DNA of 64,000 bases from Hypanus sabinus. Taxonomy: Eukaryota. Shown one piece after another: positions 35,837 to 48,585 of the stretch (positions within the stretch are counted from its first letter, which is position 1; each line of letters starts with the position of its first letter). A program made the position numbers and the translations under genes. A model generated the notes under the pieces. That model was not told the DNA's origin, ran no database searches, and saw only the letters and a program-made list of their open reading frames with translations. The stretch spans positions 28,458,001 through 28,522,000 of the forward strand of contig NC_082710.1 of NCBI RefSeq assembly GCF_030144855.1. The letters are read 5' to 3'.

Positions 35837-36984
35837 AAGCTGAAATTGCTCCTTTTATTTATTTTCTACCCAAATTCAAATGAAAGTTGGTTTTCTACTC
35901 ATTAGCCATTTTATCTAAATTTATATTTATTAATTTTTTTATATCTCCAACTACAATCTTTGAGATTGGAGAAAATGAGATTTTTTTTTTAAATCAGTAA
36001 CTTCAATTGATTATAGTCAGTTAAAAAAATAATTTGTAAGGTAGCATTGGAAATTTGACCCATTTATTGGCTGATCTGACTGATGCTTGTCTATGGTCTA
36101 GCAGGGTGCCTACTGAGGCTCCTCTGTAAGCTTTGGGAGGGATGCAGCTTGGTATTTTTTACTGCCTGACACCAGCATCATTCGGCTCCTGCAACAGGGC
36201 TTGGTTTTTGGGTCCAATACACAGATCAAGTTTTTGTCTTCATGGCTGTGGAATCAGAATCAGGTTTAATATCACCAGCAGATGATGTTGATTTGTTAAC
36301 TTAGCAGCAAGAGTACAATAGTATAGCAGTACAGGATAATATAGAAAAAAAAGTAAGTAATAAATAAATTACATATAAGTAAATAAATAAATGACAGCCC
36401 AAAACATTGACAGTGCTTCTCCTCATAGATGCTACTTGGCCTGATGTGTTCTACCAGCATTTTGTGTGTGTTGTTAAATAAATGACCTGTAGCTTTGCAA
36501 ATACTGAAGGGAAATTTGAAAGGAATGTAAAATTACAGATTTGTCAGAGAGTAAATGATGGAAAGAGGAGGCAGAGGGTAAAGACATGCATGCTGGTGTG
36601 CATGCGCGTGCGCATGCACAACTTTGCAATTTTCATGTGTCTGCCAATATCCTTGCCTTAGAGCCTTCCCTCTGATTATTTTTGATGTCATTACTATTAG
36701 CTCAACACCTCACTCTAAGAATGATGACATAACCTGAGGTATAATGACCACAGCACGGTGAAATAAATCACACACCAGCATCTTCAACTCCTCTGCATGA
36801 TACTAGGTCTCACCAGGTCAAGGTGGATAGACCAATTTGTCTTTATTCTCACTAATCCTTAGGGGGTAACTGTATTCTGTCCATGACATAATTAAGGTGA
36901 TCACTACAAAGTCCTTGTGGACTCTAGGATCCATTTTCACATGAGGACACACAATATTTTGCACTGTAGCACAACAGCCTAAAT

Positions 36985-39405
36985 GGGATAGACTACAGCA
37001 CATTACAGGCCTTTTGGCCCCCAATGTTGTGCTGACCATGTAACCTACTCTAGAAGCTGCCTAGAATTTCACTAGTGCATAGCCCTCTGTCTTTCTAAGC
37101 TCCATGTACCTATCTAAGAGGCTTTTCAGCATCTGCAGATTTCCTTGTGTTTGATCTTTAAAAGACCCTATTGTATTCGCTTCCTCCAGCAGTGCATTCC
37201 ATGCACCCACCACTCTGTGTGAAAAACTTACCCCTGACATCTCCTCAGTAACTATTTCCAAGCATCTTAAAACTATGCCACCTTATGTTAGCCATTTCAG
37301 CCCTGGGAAAAAGCCTCTGGCTATCCACACGATCAATGAACCTCATCATCTTATACACCTCTATCCGGTCACATCTCATCCTCCGTCACTCCAAGGAGAA
37401 AAGGCCAAGTTGACTCAACCTATTCTCATAAGGTACACCCTCCAATCCAGGCAACGTCCTTGCAAATCTCCTCTGCACTCTTTCTATTGTATCCATATCT
37501 TTCCTGTAGTGAAGTGATCAGATCTGAATACATTATTCCAAGGGGTGTCTGACCAAGGTCTTGTAAAGCTGTAACATTACCTCATGGCTCTTGAACTCAA
37601 TCCCATGGTTGATGAATGTCAACACACCGTATGCCTTCTTAACAACACTGTCAACCTGTGCAGCAGCTTTGAGTGTCCTATGGACAAGGACACCAAGATC
37701 TCTCTGATTCTCCACACTGCCATGAGTCTTATAATTAATATTACATTCTGTCTTCAAATTTGACCTACCAAAATGAACCACTTCAAATTTATCTGGGTTG
37801 AAGTCCATCTGCCACTTCTCAGCCCAGTTTTGCATCCAATCAATGTCCTGCTGTAACCTTTGACAACCCTCCAGACTATCCACAACACCCCCAACTTTTG
37901 TGTCATCAGAAAGCTTACTAACCCACCCTTCTACTTCTATACCCAGGTCACTTATAAAAATCACAACGAGGAGGGGTCCCAGAACACATCCCTGTGGAAC
38001 ACCACTTGACACTGTCCTCCATGCAGAATACGGACCATCTACAACCACCCTTTGCCTTCTGTGGGCAAGTCAATTCTGGATCTACAAAGCAAGATCTCCT
38101 TGGATCCCATGCCTTCTTACCTTCTGAAAGAGACTGGCATAGGGAACCTTATCAAATGCCTTACTGAAATCCATATACACTACATCTACTGCTCTACCTT
38201 CATTAATGTGAAGGTACATCCTTCAATCAGGCTTGTAAGGCACTGCCTGCCGTTGACAAAGCCATGCTGACTATCCCTATTCAAATTATGTCTTTCCAAA
38301 TGCTCATAAATCCTGTCTCTCAGGATCCTCTTGAACAACTTGCCCACCACTGAACTCACTGGTCTATAATGTCCTGGCTTATCTCTACCCATTTTCTTCA
38401 GCAATCCTCCAGTACTTCTCCCGTCCCTATTGATGACGCAAAGGTCATCACAAGAGGTTCAGCCATCTCCTTGCTTGCTTCCCACGGTAGCCTGGGGTAT
38501 ATTTCATCAGGTCCTGATGACTCATCTAACTTAATGCTTTTCAAAAGCTCCAGCTCATCCTCTTTCTTAATGTCTATATGCTCAACCATTTCAGTATGCT
38601 GTAGGTCATCCCCACAATTACCGACGAATTTTCCCCGGTGAATACTGAAACATTAAGTACCTCCATTACCTCCTCCAACTCCATGCACATATTTTCACTA
38701 TTGCTCCTGATTGGTCCTACTCTCACATGGCTCATCCTATTTCTTTTCACATACTTGTAGAATGCCTTGGGGTTTTCCTTAATCTTGCTCACCAAGGCTT
38801 TCTCATGGTGCCTTCTGGCTCTCCAAATTCCATTATTAATCTTCCTCCTCGCAATCTTGTAATTTTCTAGAGATCTAACAGTTTCTTGAAACTTTTGCAA
38901 GCTGTTCTTTCTTCCTAGTTTTTCTACATCCTTTGTACACCATGGTTCTTTAACTTCACCACCATTTCCCTGCCTTAATGGAACATACCTATGCTGAACT
39001 CATTGCAAATGTTCCCTGAACATTTGTCACATTTCTGCCGTGCATTTCCCTGATAACATCTGCTCACAATTTATGCTTGCAAGTTCCTGCCTAATAGCAT
39101 CATATTTCCCCCTTCTCCAATTAAATGTTTTCTGAAATTGTCTGCTCCTATCCCTCTCCAGCACTATGGTGAAGGAGATAGAGTTAGGGTTACTACTTCC
39201 AAAATGCTCTCCCACTGAGAGATCTGACATCCGACCAGATTCTTTTCCCAATACCAGATACAGCCTCTCCTCTGGTTGGCTTATCTACATATTGCATCAG
39301 GAAACCTTCCTGAACACACCTAACAAACTCCACCCCATCTAAACCCCCTGGACTAAGCAGATGTCAATCAATATTAGGAAAGTTAAAATCTTCCATCACA
39401 ACAAT
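36985..39405 (-). mobile_element. CR1 LINE, 5'-truncated ORF2 pseudogene
   Basis: ORFs 37533-38048 (SGVPQGCVLGP, SDDTKVGG), 38186-38404, 38574-38900 and 39027-39251; same family as 59385-62530. Confidence 0.95.
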
Positions 39406-39559
39406 TGATGACAGATCAAAACTGAGGAATGTACAACACCACAATCTGTAACCTCTTCTCTTAGCATTTCTGTTGAGTTGCAATCAAGTGATATGGAAGA
39501 CATATTGTCTGGAACTAGTCATATACCTGGTCAAGCTGATCTGGTGCAAAGGGATTAGT

Positions 39560-40170
39560 GGATTTTAGTTCATGAAATGAAGAGGATGAATGGCAAGTAG
39601 AGTAAGTAACTAAGTTGGTTAATGAAATGCTGCCTTTATTGCAAAGAAGGTATCATTAGTAAATTTGATGTAACTATTCTTAGCATTGGTGAAACTGTAC
39701 CTGAAATATTGCACATAGTTTTGATCTGTATCGTTATGGAAGAATATACTTCCATTGGAGGTTTAATTGATTCCTGAAATGAAGAGTTAGCCCTATAAAA
39801 AAACGTTGAAATAAGTAAGTTATAGAGTTATTTGAATATGTGGTAATCATATTGAAAAGATATATTCCGAGGTGGATTGATAAGATGGATGCTATGATGT
39901 TTCACTGTGTGTGTGGGGGTACTAGACATATAAGATTACTCTTTGATGATGAGGACAAGAAGGAGTTTATTCTCTTTAGAATTCTCTCAACCAGAGATCT
40001 GTGGAGGCAGAATTATTAAAAACAAAGCAAAAGCTCACAGACAATCTAACTGAGAGGAATCAAGGGGTAAAGGGGAAGTGAGATTGACTCCAAGGTTGGA
40101 TCTGCCATAAACAATGGAACAGGCTTGAAAGGTTGACTGACCTGCTCCGGCTTCTGTTCCTAATATCCCT
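39560..40170 (+). mobile_element. Old CR1 3' fragment
   Basis: LVKLYLKYCT (cf. LVRPHLEYCV) and a CR1-type 3' UTR GATCTGCCAT..AATGG. Confidence 0.65.
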
Positions 40171-40214
40171 ATGCAAGTTCTTAAGTCAAGGGGCAATGTT
40201 ACAATATTTGAGGT

Positions 40215-40820
40215 CAAACCACACACAAAAGAGGATGATTGTGGTTATTGGACTGTGTATTATCCCAAATCCAGTGTATTCTGTGGTACTTTGTTAAAGA
40301 TGTAGCCTAGACTCAAACCATCTTCAATTACTTCAGCAATGATCTCCTATCATTAATTGTTTGAAAATACATGAACAATATTCAGTTCTATGTACAGCAG
40401 CTCAGTAAACTGAGCAGCCCATACCCTCATGCGGCAAGACTTGGGTAATATTCAGGTATGAGATGACATGAATCAAACAACACTCATTATCAATAGACAT
40501 CCCCAACATCCAGAGAACATCTCCAACAAACAGTTTAACCTTCTACTCACTGATGTTGCTATTGCCAAGTTCCCAGTGATTAACATTCTTGGAATCAAAA
40601 ACTGATCAGTATTGGCCATATACATACTGTGGATTCATTAGCAGATTAGACACTATGTGTGCAGTGGTAAATGACTCACCTCCTAATAACCAAAATCCCT
40701 CATATATTTCAGAAATGATCATTCACAAATCTTGAAGGCTCATACTGAGATGGTGATGAACTGGTCTCCATTGATGAGTATAGCCACAATAATATTAACG
40801 TTTGACACTTTCTAACACAA
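40215..40820 (+). mobile_element. Old LINE RT fragment (RTE-X-like, clade uncertain)
   Basis: MIVVIG, TIFNYFSNDL and MRQDLGNIQ resemble a non-LTR RT. Confidence 0.55.
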
Positions 40821-41169
40821 TCTTTGCATCAGGATGTCAGATGTGTGTATGCTTGATCATGACTACATAAAGTTCAGTCACACTTTCAACTCCTCTGCAA
40901 ATGCAGGAACCCAAGATAGAAGCAGGAATAGACCATTTAACTTCTTGTAGCTGCACCACCTTACAACACTATGGCTGATCTTCGACAACAGCAGCACTAT
41001 CCTAATATACCCTTGATTTCCCCTATGTCTGAAAATCTATCAGTCATTTTCTTAGATACAATCAGTGACTGAGCCTCCACAACCGGGTTGAGTGGAGAAT
41101 TTGTATGATTCCCTGTCTTCCAGATGAAATTCCATGGAATAATGAAGATTCAGCATTACATCCTTGCTT

Positions 41170-42210
41170 TTATATTCTAATCCTCTCAGAATATCAGTAC
41201 AGATTGATAACAACATCTCCTATACCATTGAATCAGCACAGGTGCACCTACAAAGCTGTGTGCTTAACCCCTGCTCTACTGGTTATATACCCATCATCGT
41301 GAAGTAAAGCTCTGGTGGTGTTGCTGGCTACTCCGCTGTTGTTAGCTGATTCAAAGACGGTGACCAATTGGCATATAGGATGGAAATTGAAAATCTGGTT
41401 GAATTGGTGCCACAACAACAATCTGTCACTCAACATCAGCAAAACGAAAGAGCTGATTATTGACTACAGGAAGAAGACACCAGAGGTTCAGGAGACAGTC
41501 CTCACTTGGAGATTGGAGGAGGAGAATGTCAGTACCTTAAAATTCCTTGGCGATAACATATTTGAAGATCTGTCCTGCGACCAGCACTTAAGTGATATTA
41601 ATAAGAAGGGATGGCAATGCCTTTACGTTCTTAGAAATTTGCGTAGATTTGGTATGTCATCTAAAACCTTAACAAACGTCCATAGACACACTTTGCAGAG
41701 TATCTTGACTGGATGCATCATGGCCTGGTATGGAAAATAACTTCCCAGGAACAGAAAGGCCTATCAAAAGTGGTGGATACAGCCCAGTGGTTCACAGGCA
41801 AAACCCTCCCCACATTGTGTGCACTTACAAGGAGCGCTACTACAAGAAAGCAGCATCCATCATCAATGATCTCCATCAACCAGGCCAGGCTCTCTTCTTG
41901 CTATTACCATCAGATAGGAGGTACAGGGACAGTTGTTACTTGATAGTCATCAGGCTCCTGCACCAGTGCAGATAACTTCACTCACCTCAACTCTGAATTA
42001 ACTCCACAACTGCAGATTCATATATTCAAAGACTCTACAACAAAGTTCTCAGAATTACTATTTTGTTAATTTACTGCTTGTCTTCTTTGCACATTGGTTG
42101 TTTGTCAATTTTTTTATGTATAGTTTCCATAATTCCTATTGTATTTCTTTATTTTCCCATAAAATACCACAAGAAAATGAATTTTAAGGTGACATATACT
42201 TATTAAATTT
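41170..42210 (+). mobile_element. Rex1/Babar-like LINE RT and 3' end
   Basis: ORF 41315-41740 (WCHNNNLSLNISKTKELIIDYR..ILTGCIMAWYG) and ORF 41730-41975 (LLPSDRRYR). Confidence 0.9.
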
Positions 42211-42400
42211 AGTTTGAATGCTAGCTTTGCTTTTGCCTTCCTTAGTATGAAATCAACAAGGGAATTAACTTTTATGGAATGTTGTACTGGGACTTGCAAG
42301 CCCAATTGCATCTCTGATTTCTGAAGTTCTTCCTCATTTAGAAAACAATCTACACCTTTATTCCTCCTATCAAAATGTATGACTATATACTTCCCTACAC
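42210..42400 (-). mobile_element. CR1 fragment
   Basis: ORF 42114-42458 contains VIHFDRRNKGVDCFLN..QKSEMQ. Confidence 0.75.
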
Positions 42401-43404
42401 TGTAGGCTGACAGTAAACTGCAAGGCCATAACAAGATAGATGTGAGGTCAGTGTCCACCTTATTGTACTAGGGAACTATTCAATAGTCTTGTAACAGTGA
42501 AATAGAAGCTGTCCTTAAGTCTGGTGATACATATTTTCTGTCCAATGAGTGGGTAGAGAAAAGTGAATATCCAGGGCATGATGTTTCATTTATATTAGCT
42601 GCTTTGTTGAGGCTGTGAGAAGTGTAGGCAGTCTAGGGATAGGAGGCTGATAACCATGATGGGTCCACAACTCTAAACTCCTATCAAGCCCTGCAAGAAT
42701 TCCATATTTCAGTAAAATCCACTTCTGAAAGACCATTAAATGGAAATATACTGTACTTGTTCCTCTCTTTTTGGATGCTGTCTGATATGCTGTGTTTCCA
42801 GCATTTTCTATTATTTTAATTTCAGTTTTGCAGAAACAGCGGTTATTTTTAAATTTTCATTTTCTATGGAAAACTACCTGAGTAAGTGTATTGAGTGGTA
42901 ATTGAACTCCTCTAAGAATGATGGCACTGCCTCAGCTTATTTTACATGACCCTCCTCTTGGCTTTACTTCTGTTCTCCAATTATCCCAGCCTAGCTGTTT
43001 CACAAATTGCTGCAAGGTTTTCTGTTTAACAAATTCTTTAAAATCAAAGTAATGCATAGAATATAAAGATTGATAGATGATCTTAGAAGAAAAGGAGTTG
43101 AGTTGCACTGAATTATAATTATTGAATTCTTCTATCCCTAAATCTTCAAATGAGGAATACCGTAACAGATGAATTTTATTCTCAACCCTTTGTTGCTGGT
43201 ATGATTGGCTGCCTATTACAGGACTGTTTGATTTTCATTCATTGATCACTGTGTATAGAAATGTTTCTCATTGTACATTCTTCTTCTGCCAAATGTCATA
43301 AATGCTGCTTTTGATCCCTCTTCTGTGGGAGTTTATTCAATCTCTTTATGATTTTAAAAAGAAGAGAAAGCCTCTATCTTGTTTCTTCTTGGCTTTCAGG
43401 CCTG

Positions 43405-43715
43405 CTGGGTGGCACATTAATGTGGCTGGTAGAGTTACTGCATCACTGCTTCAGTACCTCAATTCAATCTTGACCTCCTGTGCTGTTTGTGTGGTGTTGG
43501 CATGCTCTTGTGAGTGCATGGGTCCCGGGTGCTTCAGGTGTTTCTCAATGCCGTGCGGGTTAGTAGGTTAATTGGCCACTGTAAATTACCCTTACTTTAA
43601 GTAGAAGTCATGGAAATTTCATGAGAATAGATTACAGGGATAATTAGAGGGGAATACATAGCTCTGCAAGTCAGTCTGGACATCATGGGCTGAGTAGCCT
43701 CCTTCAGTTTCACAA
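43405..43715 (+). mobile_element. HE1/V-SINE-like tRNA-derived SINE
   Basis: Decayed A/B-box head (TGGCTGGTAG..TTCAATC), core GGTTAGTAGGTTAATTGGCCACTGTAAATTACCC, CR1-like tail ATGGGCTGAGTAGCCTCC. Confidence 0.75.
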
Positions 43716-43779
43716 GGGAAGTCACAAATATGGAATGGTCATGGATTTAAGATGTTTTTTATATATATATATGCATTCA

Positions 43780-43972
43780 TTAGTCTCGAGAGACCAGGGA
43801 TTTGCACCTTAGAAAGTTTCCAGGGTGTAGGACTGGACAAGGTTGTTTGGGAGACAGGCAGTTGCTCATGCTGCAAGTCTCCCCGCTTCACACCACTGAT
43901 ATTGTCCAAGGGAAGGGCCAGGGCCGATACAGCTTGGAACCAGTTTCATCGCAGAGCAATGTGTGGTTAAGT
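43780..43972 (-). mobile_element. Truncated SINE-like repeat (family uncertain)
   Basis: GC-richer block with a sharp boundary, ending in GTGTGGTTAAGT where a SINE core (..GCACTTAACC) would begin; recalled as a common chondrichthyan repeat. Confidence 0.5.
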
Positions 43973-45267
43973 TTGGATGTTAACTCTATTTCTTTCCCAA
44001 CAGATATTGGCTTACCTGATCTATTGAGATTCTCCATCTTTCAGTATTTTTGCACCATGCTGAAGGATCTTTCCTGCTCAATCTAAAGCCTTGACAGATC
44101 TTGATTCCAGATCTCATCCTGAGGCTTCTGCTATCCCGTTGCCTGCATAAATGCTGGGTGATCTACTGAATTCCTTCAGCAGTTTGATTTTTACTCCAGA
44201 TTTCCAGCATCTGCATCTTAAGAGTTATACCGTTTGTAGAATAATACCCTTTGACCCAATTTTCCCATGCTGACAGTAATGCCCATATTAGTTTGTCCTG
44301 TTTTGCCTGCATTTGGCTTTTATCTCTTGAAATCTTTCCTCCCTCTTTTTTTAATTGCTTCAGTCAGTTCCTCTGGCAGCTCATCCATATCTCTGTGTTT
44401 CTGTACCATCTTTAAATGTTTAATTAATAAAAAAAACCTTACATTATTGACAACTGGGAAGCTAGGACCCAATTCCTGTCTAGCATGCTGCAGCCCCTTT
44501 TGTTCCATGGCCTTTAGTTCTGAGTCTATTGTGAGCCATTTTGAAACCTATTATGTGGCACTTTATCAAACTCCATTTGGAAGTCTACATACATCACATC
44601 AACTACATTTTGGTCATTGACTTTCTGTTACTTAAAAAAAACTATTAAGATGCTTGCTGTGTTTCTCTAATCAATGCACATATTTCCAAGAGACTGATAT
44701 TCTATTCAAATTACTGTTTTAACAACTGGGTTAGATTGACAGGTCTGCGATCAGTGGGTTTATTCTTGTATTCTTGAGAAAAGGTATAACATTTGAAACT
44801 TTTTAATTCTTCGTCTATCAATATTATCATGTTTCCATCTGCCCAAAGTACTTTTTCGATTGAAGTGACCAAATCTAATTCTATGTCCTTATACCTTTAA
44901 TCTTAGTGATATATGTTGATTAGTCTGTCAGTGTGCTTTCAGTGAAGGCCATAAATCTTGTCAAGGTAAATGAATGAGGATAGGTTTAGTACCTTTCCTC
45001 TTTTATTTATAACCATTATATTGAATGAGCCTTAGTGTAACACAAACTGAAAATCTTTACAAGTCCGTTGCAAAAGCAATAAAAATATCATAGTCAAATC
45101 ATAACATGTGGAGACCAACAACTATAAAAATAAAGTCCTTAAATGTTGTATGAGTGGTTCTCGCCAAGCAAGTACTTGTATTATTAATTATATAATAATC
45201 ACAAAAATAATTTTGTACCATCATGTATTGGTTGCATCAAGGCATTAACAAATTATGAGCACATAAC

Positions 45268-45322
45268 TGTGTGTGTGTGACAGAGAGAGAGAGAGAGAGA
45301 AAGAGAAGAAAAGAGAGGAGAG
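45268..45322. repeat. Compound (GT)n(GA)n microsatellite
   Basis: TGTGTGTGTGTGACAGAGAGAGAGAGAGAGAGAAAGAG is seen directly. Confidence 0.95.
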
Positions 45323-45692
45323 ATATCTAAATTCCACACAATTGGATTATTTCTGGGAAAATCTAGGAAAAAAACATATACAAAATATTAAAATATGAAA
45401 TTAAGCTGAAATCATTTTTTTATAGTTTGTGGAGAGAAGAACTTTGGCCAAACTCAGTGTGGGGAAGGTATGGTGGATGTACTGCAATGGGGAATAAAAC
45501 ATATCTTGCTGAAGTACTCTTTATGTCAGACAATGAATAAAAATTGAAACATAAATAATCTGGTTTCAACAATGGTCAGAAAATTTGATTGCCGCTATTA
45601 GAAATACTAGCCCCAAATGCTTCAACTAAAATACGGACTGTAATTAATTTCTTTAGGTGCAATTGAAAGAAAGAGGCTTATAATTTATGTAG

Positions 45693-46140
45693 ATGTCAAG
45701 TGTTCAGTCAATAGTTCAATTTAATATCAGAGAAATGTATACAAAATACAACCTGAAATTCTTACTCTTCGCAGACATCCACAAAACAGGGAGAAAAAAA
45801 TCTCAAAGAATGAAGGACAGAAAAATTTTAAGAACCCCAAAGCTCGTCTCCCCCCCCTCCCATGCACAAGCAGCAGCAAACACATCACCTTCCCTGCCTC
45901 CACTTACTTCAGTAAAAAGCATCAGCCCCCCATTATCCACCAACCCCACCCCCAGAGAACACGATCTAAAGTCCATCAAAAAACTACCATCCATCCAAAC
46001 ACTTCAACATCTCAACAGACTCTCTGTCTCAGTAACAAGGGAGAAGGAGATATTGTGCTTTCTACAGTGAGAAGGGAGTCCAAAAGCTCACTGCTTCAAT
46101 GTTACAGTCTACAGCATCGCTTACTCAAGATCCTGCGACT
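45693..46140 (-). mobile_element. Diverged relative of the 12903-13722 retroposon
   Basis: Shares TCAGAGAAATGTATA..CCTGAAAT..AGAACCCCAA..AAAAAGCATCAGC..CTCTCTGTCTCAGTAACAAGGGAG. Confidence 0.75.
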
Positions 46141-46304
46141 CAAGAATCAGCTAATTCGCTATCGCCATCGACAAGAGTCCAGTGTTAGCCAAGAACTCCT
46201 CTACTTTAGTTGACATTGCAAGCTCAACCAAAGTTATATTTTTTATCATACCAGATGTTTCTTCGCATACCTGTAACTACAGGGTCATACAAATTATATT
46301 TGAA

Positions 46305-46755
46305 TAGCTGCAGCTCAGTTGATAGCACCTGCGTTTCTGACTCAGATGATTGTACTTTCTAGCCCCACTTCAAACACTTGAGTACTAAATCTAGTTTGAC
46401 ATTAGAGTATGCACAGTGCTGTGGGAATACTATAATGCTGATGGTGGCATGCTGCAGATGAGACATTAAATTTTCCACCATCTGCCCTCTGAGATGAACA
46501 CGATAGAGGCTATGGCATATTTTGAAATATAACGGGGAAGTTTTCCCTTCTGTCCTGACCTATATTTAATCTTTTAAACAGAAACACCAAAACTATGGTG
46601 TGGGATTATTATAATTTTATTGCTGATGGGACCTGGCTATGCTAAATTGCCATGAATTTGATATTACAATTGAAACTACACTTCAGAAGTACGTATCAGC
46701 TTGGAAAGTGCATTTGGATGTGCTGACTTAATGAAAGGCATGATACAAATGATAG
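46305..46755 (+). mobile_element. Deu-domain SINE (SacSINE1-like), near full length, old
   Basis: tRNA-like head (GCTCAGTTGATAGC), Deu-like core CAGATGAGACATTAAA..TCTGCCCTCT..ATGGCATATTTTGAA..GGGGAAGTTTTCCC..GTCCTGACC, L2-like tail GAAAGGCATGATACAAATG. Confidence 0.7.
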
Positions 46756-47029
46756 ATTGGATTAAATAATTGACCATCTACTTTCATTCTGATTTTAGCA
46801 AAGCTGCAGCAATGGAAACAGGAAAGAGGAATGAGTCATAGAGACAGAGCATGGCAGCACAGAAACAGGCTCTTTGGCCCATCTAGTCTACGCCATGCTA
46901 GTCTTCTGCCTAGTCCCAGCTATGTGCAGCAGGACTATCACCCTCCATACCTCTCTCTTCCACGTACTGCCTAGTCCCAGCTCCCTATCACCCACATAAT
47001 TAAAGTTCTGGATCTCCTATTTTCTCCCC

Positions 47030-47470
47030 CAACTGGTTCTATTTTCCTATTATTCCTCCCTTACCCGTTTCTATGTGTCACCCTTCTCACTTACCAGATT
47101 CCAGCATACGCAGCCTCTCGTGTCTCTACATATCACCTTCTATTCTGTGTTTCAGCCTCGCCCTCCCCCCAACATATCTCCATCTGCCTACTTTATTTTT
47201 CTCTCCATCTATCATTCAGCAGTTGCTGTCTCCCACTTCCAAACTTCTCACTACCCGTGGTTCACCTACTCATCATCCCTCTTGTCATTTCATTTTAGTT
47301 ATCTCCTATTAGTCCCTGCTCAGCTCTCCCTCTTATCTCTTCATACTGGCTGTCTCACTTCTCAGTCTTGATGCAGGGTCTCAACCTAAACTAACAACTG
47401 CCTCCACCTGAGCCATCTAATCTGCTGGCATCCTCCAGGAGTTTGTTATTTTGTTTAAGCCTGCAGCATA
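47030..47470 (+). mobile_element. Old Penelope-like 3' region
   Basis: C/T-rich tract followed by CAGTCTTGATGCAGGGTCTCAACCTAAAC (decayed hammerhead) and a terminus. Confidence 0.55.
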
Positions 47471-47639
47471 TGCTTTCTCTTGCATTCCCCCGATACTTTC
47501 CCCATAATGTTGAAGACAAAGAGGTGTGGGATAGTATCATTTCTTTTCAGAACAATCAGCTCCAGAGTTCCTTGAAAATCCATTGTCAGCTCTCTCTTGT
47601 CTTGATCTGCAAAATGTCACTTTGATCCTAACATGCAAA

Positions 47640-48360
47640 GCTGAAAGAGTTACATTCACTAGCTCCATTTCTCCACTACCACTCACCACCACATTATCTT
47701 CAAGATACCCTGACTGCTAATTTGATATCAGTCTTAGATAACAACCTTTTCCTCAATCTTAACAAAATGGTGGAGCCAATCATTGACTTCAGGAAGTGGG
47801 ATGGAGTTCATGCACCCATCTGTATCAAAAGTGCTGAGGTGTAGACGGTCAAGAGCTTCATGCTTCTAGATGTAAATTTGTTCTGATCCAGCCAAAAAGC
47901 ACACCGATGCCTCTAGTTCCTCTGAAGACGAAGGAAGTTCAGCATGTCCTCAGTGACTGTTACCAATTTATATAGATTCTGCTCAAGACTACAAGAAATT
48001 GCAGAGTTGTCAATGCAGCTCAGTGCATCATGCAAATCAACTCCCCTTCATTCACTTTGATGACACTTCCCACTGATTCAGGAAAGCAAATAATATAATG
48101 AAAGACCCTTTCACTCTGATCATGGTCTCCTCTCCCCAATCCTATTAGGCAGAAAAACCTGAGTGCATGAACTATCAGATACAAGAGCTCTTTCTATCCC
48201 ATGGTTATCAGACCATTGAACAGAGCTCTCATACTCTAAAAGATGAACTCCTGAGCTTTTAATGTCCTGATATAGTATGATCTGTCTGGATTGCACACAA
48301 AGCAAAGACTCTTTACTGTAGCTTCGTACGTGTGACAATAATAAACTAATACCAATAAAT
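47640..48360 (+). mobile_element. Old Rex1-like fragment
   Basis: DNNLFLNLNK..IIDFRK; AATAATAAACTAATACCAAT tail. Confidence 0.75.
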
Positions 48361-48484
48361 GAGCTGGAAATTCTTGTAATAATCAATCGTGAGCGTATTC
48401 CTTTCTTTGGTTGCTGTTCCAACCTTTCTGAGCCTGCTTACAAAGAGCCTCCTTTGAGTAAGCTAAATTTCTAACCTCATTAGA

Positions 48485-48585
48485 TAGAAACAAAATAGAA
48501 ACATAGAAAACCTATAGCACAATACAGGCCCTTTGGCCTACAAAGTTGTGCCGACCATGTCCCTACCTTGGAAATTACTAGGCTA
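48485..48585 (-). mobile_element. CR1 3' tail
   Basis: ATAGAAACATAGAAAACCTATAGCACAATACAGGCCC, as at 3492. Confidence 0.85.

Noticed and set aside
43405-43480. tRNA gene
   Set aside because: Only a decayed tRNA-like SINE head; no cloverleaf.
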